This document shows positions 1 through 6,726 of a DNA stretch of 40,539 bases, piece after piece; within the stretch, counting starts at the first letter, position 1; each line of letters starts with the position of its first letter. Source of the stretch: Candidatus Woesearchaeota archaeon (GTDB lineage: Archaea > Nanobdellota > Nanobdellia > SCGC-AAA011-G17 > UBA489); the NCBI GenBank assembly GCA_964374125.1, contig CAYJXL010000003.1, positions 1 to 40,539 of the forward strand, read 5' to 3'. The notes below the pieces were generated by a model. The model searched no databases. It saw only the letters and a list, made by a program, of their open reading frames with translations, and had not been told where the DNA came from. The translations under genes were made by a program, and so were the position numbers.

Positions 1-56
1 ACTTGCTTTTTTCTCTTAACTCTTAAGTAAAGAATTCACCTTCGGAGATACTGTAG

Positions 57-722
57 TCAGTACTCACCAAGCTTTTTCTGATGCTTCATTTGGCTGTGGT
101 TCTTGAACGAGATCCAGCTCTTGCGGAAGATTTCTGGATGCTTGTCCCAGTTTTTCTTGAGGAACTCTTGGGTGATGACGTTGCTCATGTAGCCGGGTCC
201 GCAATTTCCATATTTTTTTTTGATTTCTTCAATGATGCGATCACGGGTGACTTTTGCTATAACAGATGCGGCAGCGACAGGCAAGTGCCGTTCAGCTTTG
301 TGCTCGACAATGAGGTCTATTGCGTCATTCGTAACACGTTCTCGAAGATACTCTTTATATTTCTTCAAGTTAGGGCTTGGGCAATCCACGATAGCGACAT
401 CAGGATCAAGTTCATTAATAATCTGTATTGTTTTATCTGCTTCCAGCCAGTTTAGGTTGGTGCCTGGCTTTTCAAGGGTTTCATCGATTTCCTTTGGTTC
501 GATGATGACGATTCTGTAATCTTCTGCGAGCTGCTGGGTCTTGAAGAGTTTATCTTCGCGCTGCTTTGGCGTGAGAAGTTTGGAGTCTTTGACGCCGAGC
601 TCTTTCAGTCTTGGGATGTCAGACTCTTTGATGAGATAGCCGACTATGACGAGCGGACCTATTACCGGACCACGACCGGCTTCATCGACTCCTAGGATCA
701 ATTTATCAGCTTCTTCGTTCAT
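57..722 (-). CDS. rnhB: Ribonuclease HII
   Basis: From the Met at 722 the protein reads MNEEADKLILGVDEAGRGPVIGPLV..., with the DEAGRG catalytic motif and RNase HII-like length (221 aa). The 33-codon upstream extension to 821 in the ORF track is hydrophobic filler that runs through a TATA-like box (743-758). Confidence 0.9.
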   Translation of the reverse strand: MNEEADKLILGVDEAGRGPVIGPLVIVGYLIKESDIPRLKELGVKDSKLLTPKQREDKLFKTQQLAEDYRIVIIEPKEIDETLEKPGTNLNWLEADKTIQIINELDPDVAIVDCPSPNLKKYKEYLRERVTNDAIDLIVEHKAERHLPVAAASVIAKVTRDRIIEEIKKKYGNCGPGYMSNVITQEFLKKNWDKHPEIFRKSWISFKNHSQMKHQKKLGEY

Positions 723-804
723 ACAATAACAAAGAATAAGGCTCTTTTTAAATATTCTTCTTAGGCATAGAAACAAATATAAAACAAAAGCAGTGATAAG
801 ACAT

Positions 805-1380
805 ATGCAAGCAGTCCTCATAGGCGTTTCGGACAGAACAGCGTTATGGCGTCACGGCAAACTCAAGGAAGAGGAATACGGAAAGTTCATCCACGCGTAT
901 GCTCGATTCACGGCAGATCATTTTGATAACATCATTGTAACACCTGACGATGGAGTCTATACTGATATTGCACTGGAGTTCGGACGCCTGAAGAACGTCA
1001 AACCGATTGCGTACTATCCAGATCGGGATGCTTTTTATGGCATTCGTCATATTGAACCAAACTTTCCCAGTTATGAGATTCGACCGATTGGAGGGGACTG
1101 GTATACATTGAATGCGGACTTGACGAAGCAAGCGCTTGTTGTTATTTGCTTAGGGTTCAGCCCTGGCGTTTTGATTGAGCTTGCGTTCATCAAATATCAT
1201 CAGACCTATGGCGGAAGGAAAGATCCGCGACTCAAGAGCATTCACTGCTTCATTGATGAACGATGCATCAAGGAACGGCTGCCTGGAACGTTTCATGAGC
1301 AGATCCAGAATCTGTATTACTACTCGAGCCTTGAGGAGCTTGATCGATTGCTTCAGAAATCTTTGCCGAATCTCCGGTAA
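805..1380 (+). CDS. Hypothetical protein; possibly a divergent LOG/SLOG-type Rossmann fold
   Basis: Long ORF. ATG at 805 lies 26 nt downstream of the TATA-like CAAATATAAAAC (773-784). The pattern TPDDGVYTDIALEFG...IAYYP...ALVVICLGFSPGVLIE loosely resembles the LOG-family GGxxG...PGGxGT layout. The fold assignment is weak. Confidence 0.5.
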   Translation: MQAVLIGVSDRTALWRHGKLKEEEYGKFIHAYARFTADHFDNIIVTPDDGVYTDIALEFGRLKNVKPIAYYPDRDAFYGIRHIEPNFPSYEIRPIGGDWYTLNADLTKQALVVICLGFSPGVLIELAFIKYHQTYGGRKDPRLKSIHCFIDERCIKERLPGTFHEQIQNLYYYSSLEELDRLLQKSLPNLR

Positions 1381-1505
1381 ATCTCTTTCTTTTTTCTGTT
1401 TTACTGTTGTTCTTTTTCATAATCCCGAATAGTCTTCCACTTGTCTGAATCTTTTCCTGATTCTTTTGGCAAACTCATATTAACGAGAATCTTTTATCTT
1501 TGTCC

Positions 1506-1802
1506 ATGATTGAACTTGAACTTTGGCTGTACGGAAAACCGTCGTGGGACATGCCTCTTGAGGGGAATCTTGCGATCAAGCCATCATTGCTTCGGAGAAG
1601 GGCGCGTTCGTTGTTCAAGCACCTTCATGAGGTTGCGGATGTTACCAGCGTGCTGTTGAAGCATGGATGGAAGGCGCATGGCACGTCGTACACGTTGAAT
1701 CTCTGCAAAAAAGATGTACAAACGAGAGCGCAGGCGCTGCAGGAGCTTCAACGTCTTGGCATCAAGCGCCGCTGCGTTGCGATTGCAGGTAGCGATGATT
1801 GA
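1506..1802 (+). CDS. Hypothetical protein, tandem paralog 1
   Basis: ORF MIELELWLYGKPSWDM...KHGWKAHG... aligns along its whole length with the next ORF. Its stop overlaps the next start (ATGATTGA). Confidence 0.55.
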   Translation: MIELELWLYGKPSWDMPLEGNLAIKPSLLRRRARSLFKHLHEVADVTSVLLKHGWKAHGTSYTLNLCKKDVQTRAQALQELQRLGIKRRCVAIAGSDD

Positions 1803-2106
1803 AGTCAATATTCCGTTGTTCGGAATGGCCAGCATGGAGATGGAGATTGCCGGCGAACAGTTTATCGAGCCTGATCTTTTTCGACTGAAGGGGCTGGAGC
1901 TTTTGGATCGACTAAATCGCGTGGCGGAGATCGTTGAGACCATGAAAAAGGATGGCTGGTCCATTGTCGGTGAGGTGTTCAATCTTTGCGCGTATTATGA
2001 GCGCATCACAAGCGTTGAGGAAGCGAAGAGGCGCTTAGAGAAATTAATGATTGCACCCGATGAGGTCTTCATTACTGAATTTGACGAATGCACGCAGGAA
2101 GAATGA
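1795..2106 (+). CDS. Hypothetical protein, tandem paralog 2
   Basis: Internal ATG at 1795 gives MIEVNIPLFGMASMEM...KKDGWSIVG..., colinear with paralog 1 (shared MIE, F/YG, GW..G, L..L.I). The upstream part of the track ORF (1714-1794) overlaps paralog 1 out of frame. Confidence 0.55.
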   Translation: MIEVNIPLFGMASMEMEIAGEQFIEPDLFRLKGLELLDRLNRVAEIVETMKKDGWSIVGEVFNLCAYYERITSVEEAKRRLEKLMIAPDEVFITEFDECTQEE

Positions 2107-2306
2107 TGGATGCAGATAGCCTCAATGCAATAGGAACAGCGGTCATTGCGTTAACGATATCAATAGGAGTTTTATCAACATTCGTTTACTATCTTGCGAA
2201 TATCCAGGGAATGCATTTATCGGTACTTATATTAACAAGCTCATGCTATATCATTACAGTGATGCTCTCCGTAAAGTATTTTAAAAGAGGAGTAAAGAAT
2301 GTATAA
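2103..2306 (+). CDS. Small membrane protein (two predicted TM helices)
   Basis: ATGA start/stop overlap with the upstream gene at 2103-2106. Hydrophobic segments AIGTAVIALTISIGVLSTFVYYL and LSVLILTSSCYIITVML. Confidence 0.45.
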   Translation: MMDADSLNAIGTAVIALTISIGVLSTFVYYLANIQGMHLSVLILTSSCYIITVMLSVKYFKRGVKNV

Positions 2307-2391
2307 CTTTATTAAATGGTTCAAAGAAAACTGGGAAGTTGTCATTGTAATACTATTCATATTGTTCCTTCAATACCTAATTGCGAAGTGA
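2299..2391 (+). CDS. 30-aa single-TM peptide (MYNFIKWFKENWEVVIVILFILFLQYLIAK)
   Basis: Below the ORF-track cutoff. GAGGAG Shine-Dalgarno at 2287-2292, 6 nt before the ATG. Shares the W(F/V)KENW-plus-TM design with the next ORF. Confidence 0.4.
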   Translation: MYNFIKWFKENWEVVIVILFILFLQYLIAK

Positions 2392-2531
2392 TAAATGCTG
2401 TGCATAAGCTACACAAAAATCAAAGTATCGTTGTAAAGTTCGCTCTTTGGGTCAAAGAGAACTGGATGATAGTTGTTGCAGTCTTGGTTATGTACTTCGT
2501 TGCACTCTTTACTTTTGGCGTTATTCGATAA
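2388..2531 (+). CDS. Approx. 47-aa single-TM peptide, paralog of the previous peptide
   Basis: GTG at 2388 overlaps the previous stop (GTGA). C-terminal part reads FALWVKENWMIVVAVLVMYFVALFTFGVIR. The N-terminal part of the 2316 track ORF overlaps the previous peptide and is unlikely to be real. Confidence 0.35.
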   Translation: MINAVHKLHKNQSIVVKFALWVKENWMIVVAVLVMYFVALFTFGVIR

Positions 2532-2555
2532 AGAAGATGTTGTAAGCGAAGATTT

Positions 2556-2992
2556 TTGAATACCTACGAAAGCAAAGCCGATACGATTAAAGTTCGCCCG
2601 TATATAGACGAAGATTATGAAGCAGTCAAGCGTAATTTAGAAGAAGGTACTCTGTTCGATCCAACTCTGGACACACAAGGTACACTCGCAACAAAGATCC
2701 GAGACAGACCAGAGTCTATTCTTGTTGCTACTGTTAATGACATCGTTGTTGGTAGCGTTTATATCATTGAAGATCATTTATCTTTCGCCTCGTTGTTCAA
2801 AGAGGCTATCGGAAGCGGGGTATCGGATCAACGTTGATGAGAGCCGCAGAAGAACGACTGAGAATGAAGGGTATTCGCGACGTTGCATTATGGATTAGGG
2901 ATGGCGATAAGGAACTTCAAAAGTACTACGCGAGTTTAGGATATAAACCGATGAAACACTCGCACCAAGGTATGTACAAGGAATTATACTGA
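2556..2992 (+). pseudogene. GNAT-family N-acetyltransferase, frameshifted
   Basis: Frame 0 (TTG start) gives ...ILVATVNDIVVGSVYIIED and then nonsense. Frame 2 opens at 2771 with SFIFRLVVQRGYRKRGIGSTLMRAAEERLRMKGIRDVALWI...LGYKP (GNAT motif A, R-x-x-G-x-G) and ends with TGA at 2990-2992. The 1-nt frame change lies within about 2771-2777. Confidence 0.8.
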
Positions 2993-2993
2993 C

Positions 2994-3196
2994 TAGCGGG
3001 GGATGGAAAGTCATAGAGTCCAATCCGAACTTCTATTTTGAACCATCGACCCTCCCGACGTATGTTTTCGGGTGTCCAAGACAGCTTATGAGCCCATTCC
3101 GCTAGTTGTTCACTAGTGACGGACATTCAGGCACTTTCGTGTCTCCTGGCTGTCCTAATGCAGTTTGAAAAGGTGTTCCTTTATCAAATCCCCGCT
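2994..3196 (-). tRNA. Initiator tRNA-Met (CAU), apparently interrupted by six introns
   Basis: Minus-strand exons: 3196-3190 AGCGGGG; 3157-3142 TAGGACAGCCAGGAGA; 3124-3118 GTCCGTC; 3095-3087 GGGCTCATA; 3073-3068 ACCCGA; 3052-3037 GGGTCGATGGTTCAAA; 3007-2994 TCCATCCCCCGCTA. Joined they give a 75-nt cloverleaf with A1:U72, initiator-type GGG/CCC anticodon stem, CUCAUAA loop, UUCAAAU T-loop and A73. A TATA box lies upstream at 3229-3237. Confidence 0.6.
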
Positions 3197-3228
3197 ATAA
3201 GCCAGGATAAAGTAAAGCGCTACGCTCC

Positions 3229-3237
3229 TTTTATAAA
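3229..3237 (-). promoter_or_regulatory. TATA box (TTTATAAAA on minus strand) for the initiator tRNA gene
   Basis: Centre is 37 nt upstream of tRNA position 1, which predicts a leader of about 10 nt. An A-rich BRE-like AGAAACG lies immediately upstream. Confidence 0.5.
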
Positions 3238-3242
3238 CGTTT

Positions 3243-3251
3243 CTAGCAAAG
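3243..3251. repeat. Target-site duplication, left copy (CTAGCAAAG)
   Basis: Identical 9-mer at 5780-5788. The outer bases overlap the IR termini, so the true duplication is 7-9 bp. Confidence 0.75.
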
Positions 3252-3291
3252 TGCATTGTTGCATAAGCGGGAGTTATCTTAATTAAAAAAA

Positions 3292-3435
3292 TTATTTCTT
3301 CTTTGGTTTATTCCATCTAGCAGTTTTACATTTTGGGCAAATAAGAGGTCTCTCATCTCCCCTCTTCATCCATGTATGTCCACATTTTTCACACCTATAG
3401 ACTTCTTCATTTCCAAATACTTTCTGAATTGCCAT
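3292..3435 (-). CDS. 47-aa zinc-ribbon protein (IS passenger)
   Basis: MAIQKVFGNEEVYRCEKCGHTWMKRGDERPLICPKCKTARWNKPKKK, with a CxxC...CxxC arrangement. Below the ORF-track cutoff. A TATA-like box at 3455-3463 is centred about 24 nt upstream. Confidence 0.55.
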   Translation of the reverse strand: MAIQKVFGNEEVYRCEKCGHTWMKRGDERPLICPKCKTARWNKPKKK

Positions 3436-3473
3436 ACAAAATAGAAACAAATGTGATATATAAAGTTCACTAT

Positions 3474-3487
3474 TTAGGTTAACCTAA
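3474..3487. promoter_or_regulatory. Perfect 14-bp palindrome TTAGGTTAACCTAA, candidate operator
   Basis: Lies between the divergent zinc-ribbon and transposase genes. Shares TTAGG/CCTAA half-sites with the palindrome upstream of the IS-borne TrmB gene. Confidence 0.45.
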
Positions 3488-3546
3488 TAACCGAAATGTT
3501 TATATAGTAGTATTACCTAATAAGTATACCTATTAAGTAAATATAA

Positions 3547-3564
3547 GGGACTCCGGAGAGTCCC
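3547..3564 (+). promoter_or_regulatory. Hairpin GGGACTC-CGGA-GAGTCCC in the transposase 5' leader
   Basis: 7-bp GC-rich stem with a tetraloop, 23 nt upstream of the transposase ATG and downstream of the TATA-like GTTTATATAG (3498-3507). Its location is typical for translational control of transposases. Confidence 0.4.
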
Positions 3565-3586
3565 AATTTCACCCGTCGTCAAACAA

Positions 3587-4510
3587 ATGAAATCGATAAA
3601 TATAATCCAAGAGAAGTATAAAAAAGTTTCTTGTCCTGGTTGTAATTCTAATAAGTTAAAGAAAGATGGAAAAAGAAAAACTAAGAACAGAGGAAAGATT
3701 CAAAGATATAAATGTAAGGATTGTAATTTGAGATTTGTCCTTGATGATGGTTTTTACAGAATGAGGAACCACGAAAAGAAAATAACTCTTTGTATGGATT
3801 TATATTATAATGGAATGTCTTTTAGAAAAATCCAAGAACATCTGAAAGTATTCTATCCTAAAAATTGTCATTATTCTACTGCATATCGTTGGATAATCAA
3901 ATATTCAATGATGATTAGCAACTTAACGGACAAACTACAAAGTAAATCAGGAATTGAATTACAATCTGATGAGATGGAATATCAGAGAAGGGTAAGTAAA
4001 TATCAAAAAGGTAGGGAGCAGAATTGGTTCGTTGATGTGATGGACACAACAACTAGATTTATGGTTTCTTCTGGTTACATGAGAAGCAGAACAATAGACA
4101 ACATGGTTAAGGTTTTGAAAAGAGGAAAATTCGTAACAGGAAATCAGGTTAAGGTTATTACAACTGACGGACTTAAAGGTTATCCAAGAATGCTAAAGAA
4201 AAGTTTCGGGTTAAGGTCACATTGGAATCACAAAAGCCCGATTGTTCATAATGTTGTCATTGCATCTGAAAGAGGTTTTAATCACCCAATAGAAAGATTA
4301 CATAACTCAATTAGAGAACGAACAAAAGTCATGAGGGGATTTCATGGTTGCATGGAATCAGCGTCTGCAATAATGAAAGGATATGAAATCTATTATAATT
4401 TTATAAGAAAGCATCAAGGAATAAATTGTCGACCTTATGAGTTGGCTATTCCTGATTTAGAATTGAGTAAGAATAGATGGTTGGATTTGATTAAGATGTC
4501 TAAAGTTTAA
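3587..4510 (+). CDS. DDE transposase with N-terminal zinc finger (IS6/IS1-like)
   Basis: CPGC...CKDC zinc finger. DDE-type blocks SDEMEY, ITTDGLKGY, NHPIERLHNSIRERTKVMRGF and YNFIRKHQG. The family cannot be resolved by eye. Confidence 0.85.
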   Translation: MKSINIIQEKYKKVSCPGCNSNKLKKDGKRKTKNRGKIQRYKCKDCNLRFVLDDGFYRMRNHEKKITLCMDLYYNGMSFRKIQEHLKVFYPKNCHYSTAYRWIIKYSMMISNLTDKLQSKSGIELQSDEMEYQRRVSKYQKGREQNWFVDVMDTTTRFMVSSGYMRSRTIDNMVKVLKRGKFVTGNQVKVITTDGLKGYPRMLKKSFGLRSHWNHKSPIVHNVVIASERGFNHPIERLHNSIRERTKVMRGFHGCMESASAIMKGYEIYYNFIRKHQGINCRPYELAIPDLELSKNRWLDLIKMSKV

Positions 4511-4511
4511 T

Positions 4512-5270
4512 TTATCTTTTTGCTGAACTCCATAATAGATTAAAATATTCAATAAAACTGTTTGCAACATCTTGAGATTTAATATGTATAGAATTTATTT
4601 TGTTACCAAATATTATAATTACTGTTCTATCCTTATAAATATTAATAGCAACTGGAGAAGTATGTTGAATATATTTCGTTTTTGTAGCAGGATATTTCTT
4701 TGAAGAATAAAGTCTCTTAGTGGATTCTTTTTGTCTTAGGTTGAATAACATTTTTGTTTTAATTCCTTTTTTCTCCCTCCAAATATGAACTTTTTCAAAA
4801 AATGCCTGAACAATTTCTTCGTCCACTCCTTTTGTACCTCCAATAACAAAACAGGTCTCACCTTTCTTTAATAATTCAACTTGTTCTTTGAAGATTATCT
4901 CTAATCCCTTTTGGCCACTGATTAATTCAATTTCTTGCTCTCCTTTAGATGCTGAGTATAGTGTTAACAAATTTGGCAAAATAGATCTTGCTTCCTTTTC
5001 AATTTTAGATATTTGTTGTTTTTTATCTTCCAAATATCCTAAAATCTGCTTAGGATTTGTTGGCTTAAAGTGTTTTACTTTATTTTTAATATAAATTGAG
5101 GCTAATCCCTTATTTTGAAGTTTCTCTAGAATTTCATAAATTTTTGATCCTGCAATACCTGATCTGTTTACTAATTCTCCCCTTGTTGAATCCCCAAGCT
5201 CCAAAAGTGACAAGTAAACTCTTGTTTCAGAGTCAGTTAACCCTATTTCTCTTAATATTTCTGTTCTCAT
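4512..5270 (-). CDS. TrmB-family transcriptional regulator (IS passenger)
   Basis: N-terminal wHTH LTDSETRVYLSLLELGDSTRGELVNRSGIAGSKIYEILEKLQNKGL plus a TrmB-like C-terminal domain. Lies inside the IR/TSD boundaries and shares the low GC of the element. Confidence 0.8.
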   Translation of the reverse strand: MRTEILREIGLTDSETRVYLSLLELGDSTRGELVNRSGIAGSKIYEILEKLQNKGLASIYIKNKVKHFKPTNPKQILGYLEDKKQQISKIEKEARSILPNLLTLYSASKGEQEIELISGQKGLEIIFKEQVELLKKGETCFVIGGTKGVDEEIVQAFFEKVHIWREKKGIKTKMLFNLRQKESTKRLYSSKKYPATKTKYIQHTSPVAINIYKDRTVIIIFGNKINSIHIKSQDVANSFIEYFNLLWSSAKR

Positions 5271-5280
5271 ATAGTCCCCC

Positions 5281-5295
5281 TTAGGGTAACCCTAA
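5281..5295. promoter_or_regulatory. Palindrome TTAGGGT-A-ACCCTAA, candidate TrmB autoregulatory operator
   Basis: 11-25 nt upstream of the TrmB start and abutting the TATA-like TATTTAAATAT. Same half-sites as 3474-3487. Confidence 0.45.
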
Positions 5296-5365
5296 TATTT
5301 AAATATACCTATTTTACTATACTATCATAAAGTAGTTACAATAAATGTAAGGAGGTAACACAAAG

Positions 5366-5719
5366 ATGAAAAAAACACTAAAAAATCTTGTATTAGGAGT
5401 TACATTAGCTGGTGCTCTTATTACTACAGGTTGTGAAAAGGAAGAGAGCGAAAGAGATAGCAGATTGCCAGAAGTTAGAGACAATCAAAGTCTAATCTTA
5501 CACCCTGACTACCTTAATGGAATGTCTACTTTAGGCTATACTCTTTTGACAGATATAGACCATAATGGAGATTGGGATCTTGCAGAAAGATATCATGCAG
5601 GATTTACAACAGGTGATGGATCACACAAGCTCTACTTTAAGAAAGGTTTTGGGCCTGCACAATCTGTAAATACAGAGGTTGAGTTTGTAGAACCTGAATT
5701 TTTTAAACCATACCAGTAA
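5366..5719 (+). CDS. Putative lipoprotein (IS passenger)
   Basis: Signal peptide with lipobox MKKTLKNLVLGVTLAGALITTGC. AGGAGG Shine-Dalgarno at 5351-5356. Confidence 0.65.
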   Translation: MKKTLKNLVLGVTLAGALITTGCEKEESERDSRLPEVRDNQSLILHPDYLNGMSTLGYTLLTDIDHNGDWDLAERYHAGFTTGDGSHKLYFKKGFGPAQSVNTEVEFVEPEFFKPYQ

Positions 5720-5779
5720 TTCTAAATCTGGCATGGTTTTTATTTTTCTTGTAGTAGCTCCCTTTAATGCAACAATGCA

Positions 5780-5788
5780 CTAGCAAAG
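5780..5788. repeat. Target-site duplication, right copy (CTAGCAAAG)
   Basis: Identical to 3243-3251. Confidence 0.75.
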
Positions 5789-5798
5789 GTTTTATTAA
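5789..5798 (+). promoter_or_regulatory. TATA box GTTTTATTAA for the HAD gene
   Basis: Centre is 27 nt upstream of the ATG at 5821, implying a leaderless mRNA. Matches the recurrent AAAGGTTT(T)ATA motif of this window. Confidence 0.5.
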
Positions 5799-5820
5799 GA
5801 AGCTAAACTAACATAGAAAC

Positions 5821-6531
5821 ATGACCAAAAACAACTGCATCGTCGTCGTGGACTTCTCAGGCACCTTGATCAAGCCGTTCGTCGCAGAAGAAGCAAACAA
5901 GCGAAGATACGTAAGATTGGGTCTTGAACTGCCATCAGAAGCTGATCGTAAACGTGCGCATGGCACAAAAGAACACTATGATCCTCTGCGTGCCTACATC
6001 GGCGAGAAATTCGGCATTCAGTCCCATATGAAGATATTCCTGCAACAGGACCATGGAGAAACAAGAGAACTCACCGGCATAGAATACGAAACAAAAATCA
6101 TGACTGACCTGTTTCGTGATGAAATCTTACAGATTGCAAATGAACAAGGAGGCCGTATCTATAGCGATGGTATATTGGATGCACTCAGAGTAATTCAACG
6201 GAGAGGATACAAATTAGCGATTGTTTCTGGCATGCGAACAGATATTATCACAGGTATATTTGCTATTACAGAATGCTCAGTGAATTTTGATTTCGTATAT
6301 GGACAAGACTCGATCTTAAGTCGAGATGACAGTCATCTCTTAACGAAAGAACTTGCTGAGAAAGGAACGATTGAGTATATCATCGGAGACAAGTTGGCAG
6401 ATCTCGAACCTGCAACAGCGCTCGGCGCCAAGTCGATCTTCTTCAAGGGCGGCCACCCGACAGGAGGAGAAGAAGAATTCGCTGACTTCACTATAACATA
6501 TGCAAAAGAATTAGAAGAGCTCATCAAGTAA
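5821..6531 (+). CDS. HAD-superfamily hydrolase
   Basis: Motif I VVVDFSGTL (nucleophile Asp present; the Asp+2 position is Ser), motif II IVSGM, motif IV GDKLADLE. Confidence 0.75.
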   Translation: MTKNNCIVVVDFSGTLIKPFVAEEANKRRYVRLGLELPSEADRKRAHGTKEHYDPLRAYIGEKFGIQSHMKIFLQQDHGETRELTGIEYETKIMTDLFRDEILQIANEQGGRIYSDGILDALRVIQRRGYKLAIVSGMRTDIITGIFAITECSVNFDFVYGQDSILSRDDSHLLTKELAEKGTIEYIIGDKLADLEPATALGAKSIFFKGGHPTGGEEEFADFTITYAKELEELIK

Positions 6532-6673
6532 AAGACAAAACAGCTTTCTGTATAGCCTCAACCGTCTGTAGCTTCTGTAGTTTAACCCGTAATAGTGAGC
6601 TTCCTTCAAGTCCTTTCGTAAAACCCATCGCCCGTTCCCTCACCGTCTTAACATCAGGTCTATGTGCCAGCAT
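6524..6673 (-). CDS. 49-aa hypothetical protein (intact copy of a duplicated small ORF)
   Basis: MLAHRPDVKTVRERAMGFTKGLEGSSLLRVKLQKLQTVEAIQKAVLSFT. Below the ORF-track cutoff. A paralogous but frameshifted copy lies at 7785-7936. Confidence 0.4.
   Translation of the reverse strand: MLAHRPDVKTVRERAMGFTKGLEGSSLLRVKLQKLQTVEAIQKAVLSFT
6543..6672. repeat. Diverged direct repeat, left copy, flanking the HEPN/MNT cassette
   Basis: Aligns by eye with 7801-7929 at roughly 70% identity, with a single 1-nt length difference. Confidence 0.6.
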
Positions 6674-6726
6674 CAAATACACAAACCTTTCGGGAACAGA
6701 AAGGCTTTTATACTACTGGTTTATAA

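Larger units (their letters stand above)
3251..5780 (+). mobile_element. Cargo-carrying insertion sequence (DDE transposase plus three passenger genes)
   Basis: IRL GTGCATTGTTGCATAAGCGGGAGTTA (3251-3276) versus the reverse complement of IRR GTGCATTGTTGCATTAAAGGGAGCTA (5780-5755): 14/14 terminal matches, about 22/26 overall. Flanked by the direct repeat CTAGCAAAG. The interior is visibly much more AT-rich than the flanks. Confidence 0.8.

Noticed and set aside
723-821. N-terminal extension of RNase HII
   Set aside because: It is a Cys/Leu-rich hydrophobic stretch overlapping the promoter region of both divergent genes. RNase HII homology starts at MNEEADK.
2834-2860. TGATGA ... CTGA spacing resembling a C/D-box sRNA
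   Set aside because: It lies inside the conserved GNAT motif-A coding sequence, with no terminal stem or second box pair. It is most likely chance.
2926-3126. 66-aa minus-strand ORF from the track
   Set aside because: It lies on the same strand as, and almost entirely within, the proposed initiator tRNA locus, and it overlaps the GNAT 3' end. It has no ribosome-binding site, no promoter and no protein-like motif.
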